Positions 51,690 through 58,149 of a DNA stretch of 58,149 bases are shown in pieces (positions within the stretch are counted from its first letter, which is position 1; the number at the start of each line of letters is the position of its first letter). The notes under the pieces were generated by a model. The model was not told where the DNA came from. It saw nothing but the letters and a program-made list of their open reading frames with translations, and did not search any database. The position numbers and the translations under genes are program-made. Origin of the DNA: Alphaproteobacteria bacterium (GTDB lineage: Bacteria; Pseudomonadota; Alphaproteobacteria; CAAHEQ01; UBA3637); assembly GCA_045655105.1 (NCBI GenBank), contig JAZOOQ010000014.1, positions 1 to 58,149 on the forward strand, written 5' to 3'.

Positions 51690-52703
51690 CTATAACTCAG
51701 CAAAAACAGGGCCTGTTTTGCAAAGTTTTGAAAAAATTGGTTGTCTTAAATTCAATTTTTCAATAATTTCAGATGGTTTTAAATCAACAGAAATATTTTC
51801 AAGTTTAAAAATGCCATCTTTAACAGTTTTCACTAAAGCGCTTGGTAATTCTGCTTTTCCAATGCAAGAAGAAAGATAAACAAAACATTCATCATTATCT
51901 TTCAAATACTCTTTTGCCAATTTTCTGGCATATAAGTTAAGCGTTAAGTCAGCTTTGCTTGGATCTTTTGTCCATGGGCTTCCACCACCAATGGCACATG
52001 AAGTGGAATAAAAATCGCAAGCAAGTTTTCGCCCCGTAATACCACAATCGGCAATAGAGGAGTGATAAGTATAAGCGCCCGTTCCATTGATAATAAGTTG
52101 TTTTGGTGTTTGGCCAAGTGTTTCAATCACAAAGTTTGTTAAATCTTCATGCTCAATCATTGGAATGGCAACAATGGCTGTTAAAATCGTTTCATCTTCA
52201 TCCAAAGTGATTTGAGTTTTAATATCTAATCCCAAGTGTTTGGAATTTTTAGCTTTTTGATATAAGGCATTATTGAGCTTGCGTGCCAAAACCAAATCTT
52301 TTGGCATTAAGTCATCACCTTGCGATGCATAACCAACGAAAACGCCTTGATCGCCCCAACCATCTTGAGTCACGCCTTGTAAAATTTCGCTTGATTGAAT
52401 GCCAATTAAATCAATTACTTTTAACTTGTTGATATCAATGGCTTTTTCTTTCCAGATAGAAGCATATTCTTCATCATATCCAATTTCACGCAGCGCTTGT
52501 TTAACAATTTCATTTATATCATCAATTTTAATATAACCATTGACTTCGCCACCTAAAATAACGGTGTTATCTTTAATCATAACTTCAACGGCATATTTTA
52601 AAGAAGGGTCTTGTTGAATAAGCGTGTCAAGTAAATAAGAACTGATAAAATCGGCAACCTTATCTGGATGACCGATGGATACATATTCTGCAGTTTTAAG
52701 CAT
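51690..52703 (-). CDS. metK: S-adenosylmethionine synthetase, short divergent type
   Basis: GHPDKVAD, GWGDQG, DIKTQ, DCGITGRK, GGGSPWTKDPSKAD. Confidence 0.88.
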   Translation of the reverse strand: MLKTAEYVSIGHPDKVADFISSYLLDTLIQQDPSLKYAVEVMIKDNTVILGGEVNGYIKIDDINEIVKQALREIGYDEEYASIWKEKAIDINKLKVIDLIGIQSSEILQGVTQDGWGDQGVFVGYASQGDDLMPKDLVLARKLNNALYQKAKNSKHLGLDIKTQITLDEDETILTAIVAIPMIEHEDLTNFVIETLGQTPKQLIINGTGAYTYHSSIADCGITGRKLACDFYSTSCAIGGGSPWTKDPSKADLTLNLYARKLAKEYLKDNDECFVYLSSCIGKAELPSALVKTVKDGIFKLENISVDLKPSEIIEKLNLRQPIFSKLCKTGPVFAEL

Positions 52704-52709
52704 AAAAAA

Positions 52710-52750
52710 TCCTTTTTATTTATTGTTAACAAAACAATAGATTAAAAGGA
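52710..52750 (-). promoter_or_regulatory. Hairpin sequestering the metK SD, followed by U6 (terminator-like)
   Basis: mRNA UCCUUUU.AU.UAUUGUU-loop-AACAAUA.AU.AAAAGGA then UUUUUU-AUG; 16 of 18 stem positions pair. Confidence 0.65.
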
Positions 52751-52788
52751 AAGGAACAAAATATATCGAAATTTAAACGATTATACAT
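52726..52788 (-). CDS. Putative leader peptide (uORF), 20 aa, MYNRLNFDIFCSFPFNLLFC
   Basis: ATG 5 nt after the riboswitch AGGAGA; the stop falls at the apex of the hairpin that hides the metK SD. Confidence 0.55.
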   Translation of the reverse strand: MYNRLNFDIFCSFPFNLLFC

Positions 52789-52793
52789 TCGTT

Positions 52794-52860
52794 TCTCCTT
52801 TTAGTCCATTTAACCTTAAACCTTCTTACCTTGGACAAGTAGAGATAAATCCGATAAGAA
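52794..52860 (-). ncRNA. SAM-II/SAM-V-class riboswitch (H-type pseudoknot)
   Basis: P1 UUCUUAUC/GGUAAGAA; L1 GAUUUA; P2a UCUCU/GGAGA; P2b UUGUCCA/UGGAC-U-AA; L3 containing UAAAUG; 3' end CUAAAAGGAGA. Lies upstream of metK. Confidence 0.8.
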
Positions 52861-52868
52861 TTACCATC

Positions 52869-52897
52869 ATTATAAAAAAGATCATAAAAAAAATCAA
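52869..52897 (-). promoter_or_regulatory. Sigma70-type promoter of the metK leader
   Basis: TTGATT-N17-TATAAT, placing the start just before riboswitch P1. Confidence 0.75.
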
Positions 52898-52977
52898 TCT
52901 TTTTTTTGAAAAAACTTTGAATGATTATATGTTTTATGTTAAAATATTTATAAAAGAAGAAAGAAAAAGGGGGATTT

Positions 52978-53868
52978 ATGAGTTGGGATTTTAGTCATGA
53001 TGGGGTAAATCAACAGTTTGGTCGGCGACCAAGAAATGGCGGTGAATGGCATTATGGCAGGGATTATGGAACAAGAGGCAAAAAAGATGTTCCGTTAGGT
53101 GTTCCAAAATATTGCGATGGATGGATTTGCCATGTTATTGAAAATAATAAAATTGATGGGTTGGGAAATCAAGTTGTTTTGATTAGCCCAGATGGCAGTG
53201 AAATGGTTCGTTTTGGGCATGTTGCAACTGGATCAATGAAGCATTTAAAAACAGGGCAAATTGTGAATCATGGGGATTGGATTGGCAATATTGGGGGCGT
53301 TGGTTACACGGAAAATTCTTTTCAACCGCATATCCATGTTGAACATGGGATAAATCCACGGTATGAACTTGTTCAAACGAAACATAATGGTAAATATTAC
53401 CAGCATTACACATGGTTTTGTGGAGAACATACGATTGAAGATTATCGTGATCCACAAGCTGGCGCTTTGCCTTTTGAAGAGTTAGAAGAATTAACGAATA
53501 TGGCTTTTCAATCAAGAGAATTAACTTTATCAGGAAGAGGAAAACCCCCAAAAATGGCAAGTTCAATGCCTGTAGATATCGTGAAACAAGAAAATTCTTT
53601 TATCGAATGGTTTCGTTCCAGTTGGATTGGCAGATTGTTTTTTTCTGATAACGAGCAAGAGGAACCACAAAATGAATCTGAACCTAGAACAGGGCCAATT
53701 ATTCATCGAAAAACGCCTGTTCAAACAGAAGCGCAAACAACACCTGTAAGTCACACAAGGCAAACAAATGCCTCAGCTAGATTAGCAGAATGTAGTGAAC
53801 AACAAGATGTTTATAAAGAAGATGATATGACAAGACGTTATAGTAATCTTAGAAATACCAGGGATTGA
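52978..53868 (+). CDS. M23-family zinc peptidase domain protein with low-complexity C-terminal tail
   Basis: HYGRDYG (HxxxD), GLGNQV, FGHV, GQIVNHGDWIG, PHIHVE (HxH); no signal peptide seen. Confidence 0.8.
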   Translation: MSWDFSHDGVNQQFGRRPRNGGEWHYGRDYGTRGKKDVPLGVPKYCDGWICHVIENNKIDGLGNQVVLISPDGSEMVRFGHVATGSMKHLKTGQIVNHGDWIGNIGGVGYTENSFQPHIHVEHGINPRYELVQTKHNGKYYQHYTWFCGEHTIEDYRDPQAGALPFEELEELTNMAFQSRELTLSGRGKPPKMASSMPVDIVKQENSFIEWFRSSWIGRLFFSDNEQEEPQNESEPRTGPIIHRKTPVQTEAQTTPVSHTRQTNASARLAECSEQQDVYKEDDMTRRYSNLRNTRD

Positions 53869-53872
53869 TAAA

Positions 53873-55222
53873 TCAAATATTTTTTCTTTTTTTGATAATG
53901 GCTTTTTTCCAATAGCCTGAATAAAAGTAAAGAAGTCCGATGGTTACTTGTCCATAAACGGTTAATGGTGAAGAAAAACCAACAGAAATGATATCTGTTG
54001 CCATTAAAAGGGCAGGAATGCGTATGCATAAATTGGCAAAAGAGTTGTTAATCATTGTAAACGTTGTTGCACCACATCCATTTAAAAAAGAGTTTACCAA
54101 AAAAACAATTGTAATCATTAAAACGCTAGAGCTATAAGAATGCAAATAAAGAGAACCTGCTTGAACAATTTCTTGATTATTAGAAGCAAGTCCCATTATG
54201 TTTTTTGGAAAAAAAGCAACCCCAATATAACTTGGAATAGCAAATAAAAGCGCAAGAAATATTCCAGTATACATTACGTTTTTGGCACGTTTAATTTTCC
54301 CAGCGCCAACATTTTGAGCAACCATTGCTGAAACAGCAGATCCAATGGCTAAAGAAGGTAAAAAGGTTAATCCATCAATTTTTTCAGCAATGCCAGAGGC
54401 GGCTGAAACAATGAGACCTAATTTATTGAGTTGGATCATTGCAACTAAAAATGAAATCATTAAAAAAGTATCTTGCAATGAAAGAGGAATCCCAATTTTA
54501 AAAAGTAAAAGAGCTGTTTTTTTCTTGAATTTTTGATGAGAAAAGCGAAGGTTAAAAGGAAATTTTTTCTTTTGAAGATAAATAAGCACAATAATAAAAC
54601 TGCATCCTTGTGCTAAAATGGTTGCAAGGGCTGCACCATTAGCACCCATTTTAAAATCTTTGATAAAAAGTATATCAAGTAATACATTAAGAATGCTTGA
54701 TATCAAAATGAAATAAAAAGGATTTTTTGAATCTCCAAGACCTCTTAAAATGGCGCAAATGCCATTATACCCAAATGTGAATAAAATGCCAATAGCGCTG
54801 ATTAAAATATAGGATTTTGCAGCTGAAAAGGCTTCTTTTGGAACTTGTAAAACACTTGTGATCTCATTGATAAAAAGAATTGTTATAAGGCTAAGAAAAA
54901 GAGCTACATAAAAGAATAAGACAAACATAGTTGAAATAACGTCTTGAACACCTTTATTGTCTTTTGCTCCAAAAAATTGGCCGATTAAAATAGTTCCCCC
55001 CATTGTGAGCCCAGAGGCAAGGAAAATGAGGGTCCAAACAATTTGTGCGCCATTGGTAACGCCAGCTAAATCGCTTGGTGTTCCATAATAAGAAATAATC
55101 AACATATCAACAAGGCCATAACCTGCTTGCAAAAAGCTAGAAAGCAAAAAGGGTATGGCAAATAAGATGAGTGTTTTTAAAATATTTCCTTTTGTTAACT
55201 GTTTAATATCTTGTTTTTGCAT
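53873..55222 (-). CDS. MATE-family efflux transporter
   Basis: LTKGNILKTLILFAIP, LRGLGDSKNP, GANGAALAT, AQNVGAGK, about 12 TM. Confidence 0.93.
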   Translation of the reverse strand: MQKQDIKQLTKGNILKTLILFAIPFLLSSFLQAGYGLVDMLIISYYGTPSDLAGVTNGAQIVWTLIFLASGLTMGGTILIGQFFGAKDNKGVQDVISTMFVLFFYVALFLSLITILFINEITSVLQVPKEAFSAAKSYILISAIGILFTFGYNGICAILRGLGDSKNPFYFILISSILNVLLDILFIKDFKMGANGAALATILAQGCSFIIVLIYLQKKKFPFNLRFSHQKFKKKTALLLFKIGIPLSLQDTFLMISFLVAMIQLNKLGLIVSAASGIAEKIDGLTFLPSLAIGSAVSAMVAQNVGAGKIKRAKNVMYTGIFLALLFAIPSYIGVAFFPKNIMGLASNNQEIVQAGSLYLHSYSSSVLMITIVFLVNSFLNGCGATTFTMINNSFANLCIRIPALLMATDIISVGFSSPLTVYGQVTIGLLYFYSGYWKKAIIKKRKNI

Positions 55223-55319
55223 TTTATATCCTTTTTAGAAAAGGGGTTATACTTCTTTTTTATTGAAAAATCAAGATGGAACACTTGATTTTATGTGTTT
55301 TTTTCTATATCCTATGGAT

Positions 55320-57155
55320 ATGATTGAATTAAAGAATTTAACTGTTCAAATGGGGCATAAAGATCTTTTATCTGATGTGTCTTTATTTATTTCTGATAAA
55401 CAAAAGGTTGGTATTGTTGGGCCAAATGGGTGTGGTAAATCCACTTTGTTTAAAGTTTTAACTGGTGCCTTAGAGGGTATGGGTAATGTGATGATACCTT
55501 CAGGGGAAAGAATTGCTTTTGTTGAGCAGTCAATTGAAGATACATCCTTAACTGTATTAGATTATGTTTTGCAAAAAGATAGATATTTAACAAAGGCAAA
55601 AGAAGAGTATAATAAGGCTTTAGATGAAGATAAGCCCGAGCTGTATGAAAAAATTAAACAACTAGGTGGGGAAACGGCGATAGCAAGAATTGCTGAAATT
55701 TTAGCTGGTCTTGGGTTTAAAAATGATGATTTAAATCGAAAAGTGGCTGATTTTTCAGGGGGATGGCAGATGCGTTTAAATTTGGCAGGAGCCTTATTTC
55801 AACCATCAAATATTTTGCTTTTAGATGAACCAACAAACCATTTAGATCTTGAAAGCGTTATTTGGTTACAAGCGCATTTAAAAAAATATTCGGGAACTCT
55901 TTTATTAATTAGTCATGATAAATCCATTTTAAATGAGATTTGTTCTTCAATTGTTGTGTTTCAAAATCAAAAATTAATTCTTTATAGTGGTAACTATGAT
56001 GCATATTTAACAACGAAATCACTTCAAGATAAAGTATTGATGCGCCAAGCGGAAAAAGAAAAAGAAAAAAGAGCTCATTTAGAAAGTTTTATCAATCGCT
56101 TCAGGTATAAGGCAAGTAAAGCTAAACAAGCGCAAAGCCGAATTAAAATATTGGAAAAAATGGCTGAAACACCGGCGGTTTATCTAGATAAAGAAGAGCG
56201 ATTTTCTTTTTTAGAACCCATTAAAGCTTTGCCACCATTAATAAGTGGTGAAGATATTTCATTAGGTTATGATGAAAAAATTGTTTTAAAAAAGCTTTCT
56301 TTTTCAATTTCAGATACAGCGCGAATTGCTTTATTAGGGCAAAATGGTAATGGAAAATCAACATTTGCTAAGTTTTTGGCAGGTGTTTTAGCCTTAAAAT
56401 CAGGGCAGGTGCATGCCTCTTCAAAGCTAAAGGTTGGTTATTTTGCGCAACATCAGGAAGAAGAGTTGCCATTGGAAGAAACCCCTGTTTCATATTTTTC
56501 TTTTTTAATGGATGGAAAAAATGAAACTGAGGTGCGCTCGCATTTAGCTTCTTTTGGATTAACAGGAGAAAAGGCATTAACAAAAATTCGTTTGCTTTCT
56601 GGGGGTGAAAAAGCGCGTCTTTTATTTGCAAAAATATCTTTAGAACAACCAAATTTATTAATTTTAGATGAGCCGACAAACCATTTGGATATAAAGGGGC
56701 GCGAAGCGTTGGCAGTTGCTTTAAATGATTATCAAGGCGCTGTTGTTTTAATTACACATGATTTTTCTTTGATTGAGCAAGTGGCTGATGAATTATGGCT
56801 TGTTAATAATGGTAATTGTAAACCATTTGAGGGCGATTTATTGGATTATCAAAAAATATTGCTTGAAAAACAAGTTGATAGAGCCAAGCAAAAAGAAATT
56901 CAAAAAGAAAAAGAGCTTAAATTAAAGCAAAAGCAACAAGAGGCGGAAAAACGAAAACTTAAAGCTTTAATTTTGGAAGTTGAACGAGAGATTAAAAAAT
57001 TAACCCTTGAAAAAGAAGGACTTGAAAAACGATTTGAAACAGTGTTAACAAATGAAGAAATTGTTAATATTTCGCAAAAAATTAAAGAAATTCAAAAAGA
57101 AATTGACAGGGTGGAAGAAAAATGGTTTTCTTTGTCAGAACAACTGGAAGAATAG
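55320..57155 (+). CDS. ABC-F family ATPase (YheS/Uup-like)
   Basis: Two ABC domains (GPNGCGKST, FSGGW, LLDEPTNHLD; GQNGNGKST, LSGGEK), no TM, coiled-coil tail; start reassigned to ATG 55320. Confidence 0.93.
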   Translation: MIELKNLTVQMGHKDLLSDVSLFISDKQKVGIVGPNGCGKSTLFKVLTGALEGMGNVMIPSGERIAFVEQSIEDTSLTVLDYVLQKDRYLTKAKEEYNKALDEDKPELYEKIKQLGGETAIARIAEILAGLGFKNDDLNRKVADFSGGWQMRLNLAGALFQPSNILLLDEPTNHLDLESVIWLQAHLKKYSGTLLLISHDKSILNEICSSIVVFQNQKLILYSGNYDAYLTTKSLQDKVLMRQAEKEKEKRAHLESFINRFRYKASKAKQAQSRIKILEKMAETPAVYLDKEERFSFLEPIKALPPLISGEDISLGYDEKIVLKKLSFSISDTARIALLGQNGNGKSTFAKFLAGVLALKSGQVHASSKLKVGYFAQHQEEELPLEETPVSYFSFLMDGKNETEVRSHLASFGLTGEKALTKIRLLSGGEKARLLFAKISLEQPNLLILDEPTNHLDIKGREALAVALNDYQGAVVLITHDFSLIEQVADELWLVNNGNCKPFEGDLLDYQKILLEKQVDRAKQKEIQKEKELKLKQKQQEAEKRKLKALILEVEREIKKLTLEKEGLEKRFETVLTNEEIVNISQKIKEIQKEIDRVEEKWFSLSEQLEE

Positions 57156-57164
57156 GGGGCAGAT

Positions 57165-58100
57165 ATGAATTTATTTTCAATTTTTAAAAAAGAAATAAAG
57201 CCATTTGATGAGGGGTTTTGTGATGTGGGTGATGGACATGAAATTCACTATATGCAATTTGGTAATCCTAAAGGAGTGCCTGTTTTATTGTTTCATGGTG
57301 GGCCTGGTGGGCAAGCAAAATCAGCTCCTACGACATATAATTTAAAAAAATATCGTGTTCTTCTTTTTTCTCAAAGAGGATGTGGAAAATCAAAGTTTAA
57401 GGACTTGTTGGAAGAAAACACTACTCCAAATTCAGTAAAAGATGCCTATTTATTGTTAAAATATTTGAAAATTCATTCAAGAGTTGTTGTTGGTGGTGGC
57501 TCTTTTGGGTCAACATTGGCGCTTTTGTTTGCGCTTGAATATCCTCAAAAAGTTAAGGCATTGGTGTTGAATGCTATTTTCTTAGGTCGAAAAAAAGATA
57601 TAGATTTTCCATATAAAGAAATGTTTTTATTTTATCCAGAAGCAAAAGCTGAATTTGAACGTTTAGCTGGTCAAAAAAGCATTGAATCCTTTTTTAAAGA
57701 AAAGATTTTTTCTGAAAAATATAAAGATATTCAATTGGCTCTTCAATATTATGGAGCCTATGAAAATCAATTGGGGAAAATGCAGTTGGATTTTAAAACA
57801 GCTCCTGCAATTACAGATCAAAAGATTAATAGTTTGAAAATCTTTTTAACTTATATTCAAAATAATTTGTTTATTAAAGAAGATGTGATCTTAAAAAATA
57901 TTGATAAAATCAAAGATATCCCAACATTAATTGTTCATAATCGTTTTGATTTTTGTTGCCCTGTGGAAGAAGCGTGGGCGTTGCATAAAAAAATGCGCCG
58001 TTCAAAACTGGTGATTAATGAAGATTACAATCACGGAAGTCCTAAACTAAAAAAACGTTTGGAAAAGGAAATAGAACCCTTTTTAAAAAAATATTTATAA
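57165..58100 (+). CDS. pip: Proline iminopeptidase-like alpha/beta hydrolase
   Basis: GDGHEIHY, HGGPG, QRGCGKS, GGSFG nucleophile, RFDFCCP. Confidence 0.85.
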   Translation: MNLFSIFKKEIKPFDEGFCDVGDGHEIHYMQFGNPKGVPVLLFHGGPGGQAKSAPTTYNLKKYRVLLFSQRGCGKSKFKDLLEENTTPNSVKDAYLLLKYLKIHSRVVVGGGSFGSTLALLFALEYPQKVKALVLNAIFLGRKKDIDFPYKEMFLFYPEAKAEFERLAGQKSIESFFKEKIFSEKYKDIQLALQYYGAYENQLGKMQLDFKTAPAITDQKINSLKIFLTYIQNNLFIKEDVILKNIDKIKDIPTLIVHNRFDFCCPVEEAWALHKKMRRSKLVINEDYNHGSPKLKKRLEKEIEPFLKKYL

Positions 58101-58149
58101 CTAATCTTTTAAAAAGAGTTTTATGATGTTTTCAAGGAAGGTTTTTCCT

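Noticed and set aside
51293-51766. Track ORFs 51293-51502 (-) and 51518-51766 (+)
   Set aside because: No SD or protein features; they overlap the structured RNA, the better-supported 58-aa gene, the terminator and the metK end.
22072-55319. Longer N-termini given by the ORF track for rpmE, topA, rpsD and ABC-F (likewise ccrM, secG and the 11440 lipoprotein)
   Set aside because: Downstream ATGs match family N-termini and have SD, overlap or promoter support.

Overview
AT-rich chromosomal segment of an Alphaproteobacterium. The CcrM methyltransferase, secG-kdsA-eno, plsY-dprA-topA and mlaD-mlaD-DUF2155 gene orders support that assignment; the gene content suggests a genome-reduced, probably anaerobic host-associated lineage (inference). 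About 45 CDS, mostly housekeeping (dnaE, topA, recJ, hisS, rpsD, rpmE, lgt, eno, ppdK, glycogen genes, hflX). Two genes are missing from the ORF track: an autotransporter truncated at the left edge (2441 to <1, minus) and a 58-aa secreted protein (51460-51636). I saw no rRNA, tRNA, CRISPR array, transposase or integrase. The most unusual signals are non-coding, at 51.1-52.9 kb. (1) A SAM-II/SAM-V-type riboswitch upstream of an atypical metK; its Shine-Dalgarno (SD) serves a 20-codon uORF, which runs through a hairpin that both hides the metK SD and looks like a terminator. (2) A ~560-bp module bracketed by near-identical terminators, carrying a phage C4/CI-like structured RNA leader, an attenuator and the small secreted-protein gene. 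Also notable: an orphan PilV-like pilin plus LamG-protein pair, and repeated absence of pyrimidine, arginine, complex-I-accessory and hfq genes from their usual neighbourhoods. All calls are by-eye motif recognition; no database searches were run.
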